The notes beneath the pieces are model-generated. The model saw nothing but the letters and a program-made list of their open reading frames with translations, was not told where the DNA came from and did not search any database. A stretch of 63,861 bases of DNA, the filler included, from Sphacelaria rigidula (lineage: Eukaryota), in the NCBI GenBank assembly GCA_964200075.2. It is 5 parts of 5 records of this genome, joined end to end, with 100 filler letters (N's around TTAATTAATTAA, not from the genome) between each part and the next. Parts side by side here need not be neighbours in the genome. Positions count along the whole stretch, not along the records: positions 51,172 to 63,861 come from CAXNAA020003497.1; 4 more parts are not named here. The stretch is one strand, 5' to 3'. Positions 51,072 to 63,370 of this stretch are shown one piece after another; within the stretch, counting starts at the first letter, position 1; the number at the start of each line of letters is the position of its first letter. A program made the position numbers and the translations under genes.

Positions 51072-51171
51072 NNNNNNNNNNNNNNNNNNNNNNNNNNNNN
51101 NNNNNNNNNNNNNNNTTAATTAATTAANNNNNNNNNNNNNNNNNNNNNNNNNNNNNNNNNNNNNNNNNNNN
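51072..51171. other. Artificial contig linker
   Basis: N44-TTAATTAATTAA-N44. Confidence 0.97.
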
Positions 51172-52860
51172 CCGTGGACGCTTCTTGGTTCATGATCAAG
51201 CAGTAGGCACGCGGCGTGGTGTGCGCACCGAATTAAAAAAAACACCCCCCCCTGTACGAATATTGCGTTTTTCGTCCCCATGGTCATGTGTGCCTCTGTG
51301 TGTCTTCCCACCTATGAAAACTATGTGCATATGGCCTCCTGTACGAAAGAGGCTCCCTTCCGTGGGTGTAGAAAGCTGCTGCGCTTCAGTAACAGCCTCT
51401 TAAACCCTAGTTAACATATATCGGCTGTGCATCGGCTATACATCCGAAGAAACATCGTCCCCGTTTTCCGATTCCGATATCGATTCAATCGGTCCGATTG
51501 AATCAGGTGAATCAGCTCCGATTCACAACCCCACTAACTTGGCTTCAGGTCATCTAGTCATGCAGTCATTTTTCAAGCGAAAGTGATGCCGATCCAACGG
51601 ATGACCTATGCTCGCGGTCAACGGTTTAGGGTGTTGCGTCAGAGGCCACCTCGAGTCCTTCACGAGCCAACTCTCCTCTCTAGCGTCTTCGAAACCGGGT
51701 TACGCAGTGATACCAGCTCACTAGAAGCAAGTGAATTGTCGAAGGGCGTGTTCCATAAGGTATACATACCCGGTGGTTGGGGATTCTTTGCGGCATCCTA
51801 AACCATACCGGAATGCATGTCAGACATTCCAGTGTGGTTCGGCAGGGTATCGAGCGCTGTCCCGAATACTCCGATGGCCCGAGATGAAATCAATTTTGTA
51901 GATGGGTGTTTTTCGGATGATGTTCCTCCGATCTCTTGTTTTCAGGCAAACAAAGTTGGACTTTCGTAGAGCGTATTTTGTCAAGATTTGGTTTGGACCC
52001 GCTTAGTCAGAGCCGGAGGGCGACGTTAACCCTTCCGAACCTGGATGATTCTCGACAAATCTTGAGCCTGTAAGAGAAGTCTGTGTGCTTTTTTTGTGTC
52101 TTCATTGCGAAGGGCGATCATGAAAGATATGAGGGATTGAAATTGTCGCAAATGCGACGACTAGACGTACCACGACAACTCAACCCCGGGCAAACGCGTG
52201 CATGTATGCGCCCCAGGAGGACTCTAGTGTCCTCGTCGTCAGTCAGAGATTCGTTCCCTTGGGCAAATGACTTCGCTTTTCATTGTACTACAATATTTTG
52301 CTGCCGGGTAGTACTCGTCCTGACGTAAACCACGATGACAAGGGTATTGGTTCCTGTGGAATCATGTTTATTTCTACCCGCCCTATATCTGGTCATTTTT
52401 CATTTTGTTACGGGCATTGTCATGTTCCGTACGGCGCAGGGTCCTACCATAGTGCGGTCTGTTGCCAACCTATTATGGCCGCACTATTGCGGGGCCCCTC
52501 ATCGTATACTGGTTCTCATTATTACCAGTTTTATTTTTTTGGATATTAGCCCAATCGCTCGAACCCGTGCAAAGATCAGACGAATTAATGATTCGTCTGG
52601 AAATTACGTGATTTTAATGTAATTGATTCGTACCGTACGAATCAATCCTTCAGCTTTGTTTACAGCGTTGCGCTCAAGGTACGCGCACCCCAGGCACGTG
52701 GAATGGCGCAAGAAGTGCGTGGAGACCTTTTTGACCAGCGATCAGCTTTTTTCCCTCTTTCGAGCAATCAGGTCTCAAAGATCGTGGGTTTAGTGATTCG
52801 AACCGGCGATGATTCGTCCGAACCTTGAAGCCGTCGCGACAGGCGTTGGCTCGCCTTCAA

Positions 52861-53156
52861 CAATGTTTTCGTGAGGTTGAGAGTAGAGCGCTGCTTGAGA
52901 GTGGCTTTGGTCATTTACTTTTACTTGGCCATTTTTTCATTCCGTGCGTGCTGTTCTTTGCCTTATCACTAGCATGTGCTTACAGCTACACGTCGATATC
53001 CTACACGGGGATATCAAGGGCCTCAGTAGGCAAGCTATTACAGAAAGTATATCGAGCCTCGTGGAGGGGCATTTCGGAACTGAAAAAATTCAGTCACGAA
53101 TTAATCGCTCTTCACTCTTAATCGTACCCTCTACTCTCAATCTCACAAAAACATTG
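52861..53156. mobile_element. ~295-bp MITE; second copy at 60957-61242
   Basis: TIR caatgttttcgtgaggttgagagtagag / ctctactctcaatctcacaaaaacattg. Confidence 0.75.
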
Positions 53157-53970
53157 TTCTTTCCAGTACCGTCACAACAGTACTGGGCGCCTGAACTATT
53201 CATTCTGTGAATTCTTCGTAATTGGCGATTTCCCTCTGCTCTTTCGCTTGCCACTGCTCATCACATTGGGCCGCTCCACACTCCAAGAAAAAAAAATCAT
53301 CTGTACTCAATATTGAGTGACTTACGGGCTGACCGGTCATGGGGGGTCCTGACACGTTTCAGCCCAGATTCTGGCTCTTCGGTATTTTCGGTCAATGGAG
53401 CCTGTCCCGATCGTATTTGGGAAGAAATTCACTTTTTTTTTTCGAATTTTCCCTACTCATCGCACTAGAGCCGAAAAACTGTGTTTCACGGTTAAAAACA
53501 CCCTTCTGATAAACGCGGTATCTACTCGTATCGCCCGAAAAAAATAACTGACACTAACTTGAGCACTGAGGGGGAAAAGACGACCTGTTTATTTTTCCAA
53601 AATCTACCGGCGCTAGCACTTTCGAGTTCTATCGAAGAGTGGTCGCGAAAAGAAACCCTTCTGAACAAAAAATAGTTCAAGCGGCCAGTACTATATTGTT
53701 TCTCACATGATGTGAAAAGGAAGCGTTCATCTCTGTAAAAAACTAATAAAAATACAGCCATAAGAGAGGGAGACACGTCAAGAAAATATGAGACAAAAAA
53801 CTGTGATGCTACGCTTACTTGATAATAGTATGGCGGCTCGGACGTGGAACCAATGATTTCGACCGCACTATATCAGGACCCCGAACTTTCAGAGGACCGC
53901 ACTGTGGCGGGACCTTCAATGTACTGTGGTACCTAATATATACCCTTCTTTGTCTCGTCTCACGCGATAG

Positions 53971-54112
53971 GTTTGGACTGTTGAAAAATACATTGGATGA
54001 AGTCGTGAGCACGTATCCCTCCCTCGCCGCACCGGGCGGGGGCTCGGGGGTCGCCGGCACTGCGGGAGCCGGAGGGGAAGGTCCGCGTACACCGGAGCAG
54101 TTAGAGAGAGAG
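53971..54112 (+). CDS. Penultimate exon of coiled-coil/polyQ protein (gene 5, partial)
   Basis: gatag|G acceptor and GAG|gtgcgt donor; FGLLKNTLDEVV...TPEQLERE. Confidence 0.7.
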
Positions 54113-55038
54113 GTGCGTGTGATCGACGAGTCTTTAGACGATGGGGTGTGGCAGGGGGGGGGAAGTTGTGTTTCTACTTGCGTTGTTTATCCTTGTAAGC
54201 CTCTCTTAAGGTCACCTGTGTTAATTGTCATGCCAGTCAATACCCAATGTTTGAACTCTGGCCCCTCAGAACAAGCGTACGGTAGCATTTTCTGGAAAAA
54301 ATAATTTCATGCGGGGGCTGCTTGCTTTTGTGTCAGTTTGCATGTACTCTGTGTCAACCAGGCGGGACGCAAAGGATGCTCTTTGTAGTGGAGCTCCGTT
54401 GTTCATGGGACAAGATTTCTCGACCGTGGTCCGCCAAAAATCCCCCTTATCCCTATCCAAAGTAAACCATATGGAGTGTTGACGCTGAGCTCTGGTCGTA
54501 GCCCTAGCTCTAGCCCTCGCACCAACTGTTTTCCTGGCGTTCAACAACATTGACGCAAAAAACCTGACGAAAGGTCGAAAAACGACCCCCCACTCCCATG
54601 TGGCATGAAATCGTTCGATGCATTAGACAGTGGGGAGAGCACGGTCGCTATATACTAGGAGACAGATGGTAGCCACAGACGGCGAAAACAGGATGGGGAT
54701 GAACTATCTAAGAGGTTTTTGTGCAATGTATGGAAAAAAACATGAGCTCCGAAATGTTGGAAGTGTCTTCATTAGGAGTAGGAACGGTGCTCTGTCTCGA
54801 AAGAGATGATGTCGATGGTCAGACGACTAAGGCACTCAGCGAACGAGTACGCCCCCTTCGCCCCCCATGTGGGTTTGCGTCGGCTGGCGACGACACTGTA
54901 AAACACGTCACGCACTGCGCAAGCGAAGCAACCAGGTTTACCGGGTTTTGTTTCGCCAGCTGTTTTTTTGCGGTGACCATGATGGTGGTCGAGCTTGATC
55001 ATACTGTTCGGGGTGGGAGAACCCGAACTCCGCGCTGA

Positions 55039-55458
55039 GGGGATGATCATGCTACGTAGTGTTTGTATAGTGAGACACCCATGAGACAGTGTGTAAGCCG
55101 TGGCTGTCTCTGGATGTGGCGATACCAGAAAGTGAAGCAACTCATTGGAGATTGTCATCCAAATGCAAGATAATCAGTACGCTTCGAGCTGAGCAATCTT
55201 CGCAGGATGCAGCTCACCCTTCATGCGACTCGCCGATCACACCACGGCGCTTCGCCCTCGGTGATTGCGAACCTGGTCCGGCGAAAATCCGGCCGTCCAC
55301 CCTTCATGCGACTCGCTGAATACATCACGGCGCTCAGCGCTTGGTGATGGAATGCGAGCCTGGTCCAGCTGAAACCCGACGTGCTCCGTCCCGGCTTTGT
55401 AGTGATGCGAGGTCAATGGTCTTATGACTACGGCATGCGAGATCATGAGTACACCCCC
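55039..55458 (+). repeat. Dispersed repeat R1 copy with an internal ~83-bp tandem duplication
   Basis: cacccttcatgcgactcgc at 55215 and 55298. Confidence 0.8.
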
Positions 55459-56675
55459 TATGCCCTCCTCCCCATGAAATGGAAAAGTTTAATAGTTAGA
55501 TGGTGGCGAGAAAAGGATGGCTATACTAGGACATGGATGGTGGCTACAGGTGGCGAAACAGGGATGGGATAGATATGTAAAAAGTTATTATGCAATATAC
55601 ATATGGGGAAAATGTAATGAGCGCCCAAATGTCGGAGGTGTCTCTGTCAGCAGTAAGAACTGTGCTCAGTGTCGAAAGGGATGCGTGTGCCAGAAGCTGA
55701 CGTACACGTGAATTTGCGCAAATGTCAGGACGTTGTGTACTGAAAAAATATACTTCGCTTTATTTTGCGTAGGGAATGGTGGTACGGAGCGTGAAGAAAC
55801 GAGCTGGATAAACCTTCATGGAAACTGAAAAAAGCTATCGATACATACTCTGTAGTCGTTCATGAACGTTGCAATCGTAGCGTGTCTCCTGCCCTGTAGG
55901 ATAGCTCAGTCTCGAAACGGATGCGTGGTCAATGGTCGAACGACTAAGGCAAGCAACAAATGAGTACGCCCCCCCCCCCCTCCTTAACGGGACCTCATCA
56001 TGGCTAAGTATTTCCGAGAAAAGCACAGCTAGTAATTTAGAAACTGCGGTCGTTGACATTGACAGACGATCGGTCCCCTTGTGATCAAACTGTCGACCCG
56101 CCACAGTGACCAGTAGTTGTTCACATGATCATCAGAAGTCATGTCAACACGTTCTTGGTTTTTGAGGGCGAGGCTTCCGTTTTGATTTGCCCGTTCAAGG
56201 GAGGGAGCACGTGAGCAGCGTGCCACCAAAGTCAAGTCCTCTTGCCTCCCCCATCCTGTCAGGGTCATGCTTTCAACGTCGCAAGATCTGAGATGTCATT
56301 ACGGGGTATAAGAGTAGAGTTGAACGGAGTTGGGCTACAAAGTCGGATTGCTTGATTTTAGTGTGAACACTGAGAATCGAATCTCTAGTGGGGCTTGACC
56401 GTCCTGTATGGCCCCAACGTGCGAAGAATGTGTTTTCGTCTAGATCGGTCCCGCCGATTTGAGGTCCACCAACGCCACCCTTCGCCTAGGGAACCCTCCG
56501 CCCCTCCCGTACATCGATGATTCAACTCTAGTACCAGCGGCACATATCTCCATGCCAGGAACAACCATGCATGGTGAGAAGTTTTTCGCCCTTTGAGGCT
56601 GTTGCGCTGCGGGAAACAGACCCATGCCGTACAATTTCACAAGTTTGACATACCCCGCTTGTGTCGTTACCACAG

Positions 56676-57026
56676 GTGCAGCGGCTGGCGCAGTCGAACC
56701 GCAAGCTTAGCAGTCAGGTGAAGAAGTACGAGAAATACTACCTGGAGCTGTGCCAAAAGGCGGACACCAAGCGGAAAGACCAACTGGCCCAGGCAAAGGC
56801 CGCGCGACAACAGCAACTTGCCCACCACCCCTCGTTCAGCGGTCTGAATCACTCTCAGCAGCAGCAACAGCAGCAGCAGCAACCGCAGAAGGGTCATCAG
56901 CAGAGACGCCCATCCCCAGGCCCGGGGTCGAGGCAACGGCCTCAACCACCACAACAACAACGGGCGCAGAGCCATCCACCGCAACAGCAGCAACCGCAAC
57001 AAACGTATCCGCAGCAAGCTATAGTT

Positions 57027-57091
<65 letters not shown>

Positions 57092-57572
57092 CCAGCAACA
57101 GCCGAGCATTTCTGTGGGGGGCGTTGATCCACAACGACCGAAAAGGAGACCCTCTCCCGCCCGAACCTCGCCGTCGAGGGCGCAGCCGTCACTCGGCGGT
57201 GCCGCAGGCGTCGCTGCGAACCTTCAGCAGCAACAGCAACAGCAACCAAAAGAAGGTTATCCTGGGCGGTCACAACATTTGAGACCACATCCCCATCCGC
57301 AACCACAGTTGCATCGCCATCAACAGCAGCAGCAGCAGCAGCAGCAGCAGATGGGCTCGAAGGGCATGCCTGTCTATAGAGCGTCCTTGCAGCAGGCTGT
57401 GGTGTCTGCCGGTGTAGGAGCCGCCGGCGGCGGCGTCGTTGGGGGCCGGCCGCGAGGGGTGGTTGCGGGGAATGTGGAGGCGGTTCGGAGAGTAGGTGAC
57501 AGGGGCGGTAGTAGAGTGCAGGCTGGCTTGGTTGACCGGTCTGCCGGACTCGACCAGGCGTCGGATGTTTAG
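56676..57572 (+). CDS. Terminal exon: coiled coil followed by a polyglutamine/Pro-rich tail
   Basis: cacag|GTG acceptor, phase 0; VQRLAQSNRKLSSQVKKYEKYYLELCQKADTKRK; (CAG/CAA)n tracts; TAG stop. Confidence 0.75.
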
Positions 57573-60500
57573 GGATGGTATGATGCTGCACAGGACGTGA
57601 TGGGGTATAACACCCCCCTCCTCCCCTTGTGATTAGTGAGGATTTTCACGTCGGTTGAGTGGTGGACACTGCAGCGGCCACGCGTGTACACAAGCTGCGT
57701 CGTTAGGAAATATAAATACAATCGATACCTTTTGAATACGCGGGGAGTTTCAGAGAGTACCGGGTCGTTCTTCTGGAGACACTGGATGTGAAGCAGCTTT
57801 TGCTGTCATCGAGAGAAGGTGTTATATATACTCCGTGCACCGCGTGCGGGACGCGATGGCGGCGGCGTGCAACCTGGATTGGCTGGATCATGCGTGCCGA
57901 CCTTCACGGAGCCTCTGTTGATCGAGCGAGGATGTGACGTGTCGTTGGTAAGAGAGGCTGGGATAGTTTCGACCCGTCGATATTCCTTGAGAAACAGTGA
58001 GGAAGTTGTCCATACCCCCGAGATAGGTGCCCGTCCGAAGGTTCCATCATCAGCGAAAGAATGCGCCTCCGAAACGGACGGAGGAAAAAGAACGGTTCAG
58101 TATGGAGAATGACCATTGATGTCACTGTAGAGCGGTTGCCCTCGGCACCACTACCAGGGTAACTGCTGCAGTGCGATCCAATCATTTCTATTCATTCCGG
58201 TGTTTTTCTCCCTTCCGGAGTCGCATTTATTTGCTGTTTGTAGCGCAGCATTGGTCGCGTGTTTCCTATCTGTTGTGCGCTTTTCTCGAAATCATTGTCT
58301 GGGTGAGACATTGTTCCCACCAGAGACATTAACGTTGGTGTTCGGGTTCTGAGCGCTACAGCTTTCGAGGCATTTGTCTTTTTGAAAAATCTCTGTTTTT
58401 CGGCCGGAGGGTGTTGTACGCCGTGCCGTCACCTACGGTAGACCCGCCGGGTTTTGGCCGAGAGTCGGATGTCATGCGACGTGGCGCGTGCACCTCGGTG
58501 AAATTTATATTACGTCTTGGTTGCTGTACTCCCTTGCCTGTTGAGCTGCAATTTTTGTGTTGCAGGGGAGGCTTTGGCGGTGCGTTTTTTTTTCATGTGT
58601 GTAATCGTCTTTCCAGGCTGATATTATGTTGCTTGTGTTTGTTTATGTGTGCTTTTGTTGCCCCCCCCCCCCACGTGCCTCTTTGTGTGCGCCTTTTGCT
58701 TGACGTGTACAGCTTGTTGTTTTACTTGTTTGCCTTGGCCGTCTTCGGGTCCGCGGTCGAAAAAGACGAGTGCAGGGACACATCTGGAGCACACGGGGGG
58801 GGTACTCATTTGTTGCTTGCCTTAGTCGTTTGACCATTGACCGCGCATCACTTTCGAGACGGAGCATCGTGGGGTTCTTTGGTTAGAGTTACTCTGGTCA
58901 AGTTTTTTCTTTTTTTTCTCTGATGGTTCCTCCTCAAAAATGTGGACGCAGAAATTTTAAAATCATTACGGCGCTCAAGGTGCATTTCCGCTTCTTGAAT
59001 CAGTACTCTTTTTATGTGGTGAACGACATTGCGCTGTTGATACATTGAGGGTGTTGATTTTGTTTCCGTGGCTCGAAAGTGTCAATCTGTACAGTAGTGG
59101 TTCACCAGTTTGGTCGAATGCGATTTTCGTGTCATTAGAGCGACGAACGGCCGCACTGTGAGGGCGTGTTGTTGCGCATGAGGTAAGTGTGAATACAGGC
59201 GCGGTGGACGTGTTGGTGTGTCTTGTTCGGGTCAAAAGTGTGTTGATACTAGTTGTGGTGGTATGTGTATAGGGGTATCGAGATTTACCATAACGTCCTC
59301 AGAATCACACAGTACGTAATGGGAGATGAAGGGAAGTACCGCATCAGCTTTCCTTCCCAGCACCCCACTCTTTCCCGTGGGTATATCACACTTTTTGTGT
59401 TACATGTAGTTTTCAACAGTACACTTTCGATTGTGTACCTTGTCTAGGTAACGTCTGTTGCTTATGCCTCCGTTACGACCACGTATGCTGCCTGAGAATT
59501 TTCTTCTTCGCCGTGACGGGGCGTAGATACCAACTCGGAACCTTGTGGTCACCTCGCAATTAGAGTCGTCTCGTGAGTGCGCCCAGCGTGGAAGGGGGAT
59601 GTAAGATTGTGCGTTCGCCGGTTGTGTGGCATATTTCGTGCGTTATGTTTGGGATCGCTGCATCTCCAGGGACGGATCGGTCGGCTTGGCTGCCTTTGTG
59701 ACCCGTTTACTGTGGCGATAAGAGATGGGGTAGTCAGAGAGTAAGTGGTCTTGCTTTTTGATGAGCCATGGAGACGGTATCTGTTATAGGACGCTCAACA
59801 AAATACTGGCTCGGCGCTGTTCCCGACTCTGCTCATTTCGCTCGGTCGTTTGTGCACCTTACTATTCATATGGGGGACCGTACAGCTCTGTGGTGGCGTG
59901 TATAATCAATCGAGTGCAGAGGTGGACTCGGGGACGGCACTCGCCAATAAGACATTATTAAGAGTGCAGTATGCACCACTTTGGTCCATGGAGGATACAG
60001 CCAGAGCAGTGAGACAAAATATTCACTAACTCATTACTCTCATCGCCAGACTGAACAAGTCACAGAGGAGGTCTCAACCCGGCTGATCTCTGGAGATACG
60101 GCAACTCGAAATATGTTGAAAAAAAACATGCGGGAGATGCCTCGTAATTTACGAATGCTCAAGCTGACATCATATTGATGAAGAAAAAATGGCGGCGCAA
60201 AGGGATGAATGTTGGTGCTCCAGGTCATCACATTCAGGTTCCAGGTTCGAGGTCCAGCCCGATCGCCACAATAATGACAAGAACACGCCACATTTGACCG
60301 ACAGAGCAATGAAGGTCGCTCAAATAATGAGGTATGCCGTGAGCAAGCCGAAGAGTGCATCTGCATTTGTATTTGGACAATAATTCGATGTTTATGGTTC
60401 CCAAGGTTCACCCTGAAAAAAAAAACATTCCTTCATTTGTCAAATCCCGTGTTCATTGGACACAACATCACGGAAGTCATCGACCAGGAATTTCCCATCA

Positions 60501-60666
60501 CCCATCAGATCCCTCCAGTATTTCCATCCCCGAGGCTCTGCACTGTCGGAGTGCCTTGATGACAAACATCTAAGCCTAAGCGTGCAGCCTCAGAACACTT
60601 TTGGACTTAAAAGTGCACCCCTGCCGTAGAATCCTAGCGTTAATCTACAGGAGATCTCCATGCGAA

Positions 60667-60956
60667 GAGTCATGCCACGGTGGGGTTGCACAAAGCGCTT
60701 CACAGGTTCGGAGTGTTGCGAGCCCTTTACCTCGTCGAAAAATCCATTCTTAAAAAATATGTGAGAGGACGCCACGCTTAGCAACACGGGTGGCTACTGG
60801 GGTGCCTGCAACCTCAAATTTGGACGTTACAGACGTTGCACAAGGTCTGTAATGTCCAAATTTGAGGTTGCAGGCACCCCGGTGGCCAGGATTGAATCCA
60901 ATGCGCTAGGGATACCTCGATATGATTTTCGAGCGGGGAATGTCCTGATCCATATA
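60667..60956. mobile_element. Old Sola2-like MITE interrupted by a hairpin and by a second MITE
   Basis: Left TIR gagtcatgccacggtggggttgcac; interior matches the family on both sides of 60775-60884. Confidence 0.55.
60791..60888 (+). repeat. Hairpin with 44-bp arms and a 10-nt loop
   Basis: 60791-60834 pairs with 60845-60888. The three mismatches are all G-U pairs on the + transcript. Confidence 0.9.
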
Positions 60957-61242
60957 CAATGCCGTTTTCGTGAGGTTGAGAGTAGTAGAGCGCGGACTGA
61001 AAGTGGCTTTGATAATTCGCTTCAACTTAGCCAATTTTCATTCCGTATGTGCTTTTCTTTGCCTCTATCACTACCGTGTGCTTACAGCTAGCTACACGTC
61101 GATGTCCTACACAGGGATATCAAGGGCCTGGGTGGCAAGCTATTACAGGAAGCATATCGTGCCTCGTGCAGGGGCATTTCGGAACTGACACGATCCGTTC
61201 ACTAATTGACCGCTTTTCACTCTCAATCTCATGAAAACAGGG
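60957..61242. mobile_element. MITE, same family as 52861-53156
   Basis: Aligns over its full length; right end AGGG followed by TTAA. Confidence 0.7.
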
Positions 61243-61339
61243 TTAAATCTGTGTAGCTCGTAGCTTCAAAAACCCCTCAATAAGAAAACATCTGGGCCCG
61301 AATAATGCGAAATCCCTAACGTGGGATGACTCATGTCCC

Positions 61340-61341
<2 letters not shown>

Positions 61342-61390
<49 letters not shown>
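61342..61390. repeat. (TG)n microsatellite
   Basis: Direct reading. Confidence 0.95.
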
Positions 61391-61397
<7 letters not shown>

Positions 61398-62427
61398 TTT
61401 CGTCACTCTTAAACTCTTAACCCCTCCCCTTCCTCGGGACGATTCCGTGGTCTTCAGGAATCAATCCATTTCTCTCCCTGTACACGCCTTGCATTTCGGT
61501 CTCGCGGATTAGGTCAGCATTTTCACACCGCGTCAACTCTCGTCAAACGAACTTATTCTAAACAGTCTTGCAACTCACAACCTCACGCTTTCAACCATGG
61601 AAATGAAAAAATGCGAAGAGCATAACCGAGCGCATCTTGTGCTCCAGAGGGGGGGAAAGCCGACGGTCCTTATGAAGCTGGTACGATTCTATAGCGATGG
61701 CGACACTGCATGGAATTGGTCTTGTTGGGGAGGCCCGACCACCACTGTACTTTATATGTTAACGTTGGACAGGCTCTGTAGACAGGGCAAAATATGTTGA
61801 TCGGAACCACTTTTACACCCGCGAGCTTTTTCGTGACTTCGGGGCAAGATGCACGACTTTGCCGACCTTGTCCCCAACAATCTTGTCCGAAAACCGTCAA
61901 CACATGTTCAAAAACGCACCCTCAACACCAACCGGTAGCAATTCAAAGCGTTCTCTCCAAGCGGATGACGGTCAACGACAGCACGAGCCACAGAAGGCCA
62001 CATCATATTATTTCCATAGTTGTGAAGTCGGATTACCCAATACATGGCACAGACGCGCGTGTCGCCTTGCACGGCGATTTCAGTCACGAGTACCGCGTCT
62101 TCTGTACACGATATTTTTATCACGCGCGTTACATGGCGATATAAGCAAGGCGTCGGTGTATCCGACATTCGCATCGATACCGAGCACATCCGGCCCCAAT
62201 CAATAGTTCGGCACGCTTTGTGTGAAAGCACGAAGTGCAAAGGAGCCACATGCCGCAATAAGCTCTACACCCGCCCTAAGCGTAGCCACAAAAACAAATA
62301 CTACTGTAGAAAGACGATGAGGCCTACCGTGTATCACAACAATCAATAGAGCGAACTGCAAAACGAAAGTTGCCCTGCGTTACCATCATCGAGTACACCT
62401 GTCGCGCTCGCCCTCTTGACATAGCTG

Positions 62428-63036
62428 TTACTCCCCCGTGCAATCCACTACATCTGGTTGCCGTTCACCCTGATGGTACTCGCTTTCACTAGCATTCCCG
62501 CTGCCAGCGTTACTTTTGACAAAAGCTCCAGTACATTCCGGCTTATCTTGCGCGGCATCTTTCTCATCGCTATCAGGAGAAGCGGCCAAGACACCACCAT
62601 CGATAATGTTGTCATCTACTCCAACTCTATCGTCGTGCTCATTTCTGTCGGTGCAGTTGTTGACATAGCCGGCATCAGCACTCTTGGCTCTGGTGAGATC
62701 ATCACCGTTGTCGTTTCCATCAGGTTCGGCGTCGCTGTGCTCCAAATCAATGCGAACAGCTGGCGCTGTTGTAGCTCGGGCCGTTACTGGTGCTGTGCTA
62801 CACTCATGGTCGTTCTCGTGCGGGTCAGCTGCGGGGTCGCCCTGATCTGCATCAGTCCTCATCACAGTTGCACCAGTATTATCCTCATCCCAGGCACCGA
62901 ATACCGTCACCAGTATCTGTCCCAAAGCAGGGCCCACCCCCGGCAGCTTGAGAATATCACCCTTCCGTCGCGGCACTTTCCCGCCATGTCTGCGGATAAT
63001 TTGGGCAGCTCCTTCGCGGATATACTTAGCCTTTGC
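62428..63036 (-). CDS. Terminal exon of Endonuclease III/HhH-GPD-like protein (gene 6, partial), catalytically atypical
   Basis: T-run ccctag|GCA acceptor; AKAKYIREGAAQIIRRHGGKVPRRKGDILKLPGVGPALG, then an acidic tail to TAA. Confidence 0.75.
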   Translation of the reverse strand, partial: AKAKYIREGAAQIIRRHGGKVPRRKGDILKLPGVGPALGQILVTVFGAWDEDNTGATVMRTDADQGDPAADPHENDHECSTAPVTARATTAPAVRIDLEHSDAEPDGNDNGDDLTRAKSADAGYVNNCTDRNEHDDRVGVDDNIIDGGVLAASPDSDEKDAAQDKPECTGAFVKSNAGSGNASESEYHQGERQPDVVDCTGE

Positions 63037-63163
63037 CTAGGGAAAAAAAAACACAGCACAGTTCACGTGATGAGTGTTAACATGCAGCATAAACGCTTGT
63101 GAAAGTGACTGGGGTAGGGTGCGGAACGGGCACGGCACAACATTTCAACTGCCTTGGAAAATT

Positions 63164-63370
63164 CCAAGGGTAGGTCGAGTAGAGTATACTCATTTGCGGG
63201 GTATTTTGAAAGTCGTACTCAAAGTAAACAAATTGGGGGTGAAGTTTCAGGGATCGCTTTCAAGTTATATTTTAGGTACGACTCCCGACACTCTACCCTA
63301 GTTTGAGTACCCCAAGTACGTCCTTCAAAATACCCCGCAATTGAGAATACTCTACTCGACCTGCCCTTGG
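63164..63370. mobile_element. Intronic MITE with TIRs of at least 55 bp
   Basis: ccaagggtaggtcgagtagagtat...gcggggtattttgaa / ttcaaaataccccgc...atactctactcgacctgcccttgg; aaaatt on both flanks. Confidence 0.8.

Noticed and set aside
56667-57591. Poly-Leu and poly-Ala/Val minus-strand ORFs
   Set aside because: Antisense shadows of the polyQ exon.
52026-61246. TTAACCCT ... AGGGTTAA as ends of one 9-kb piggyBac
   Set aside because: The match is limited to 4 bp, the right end belongs to the 60957-61242 MITE, and the interval contains host exons.
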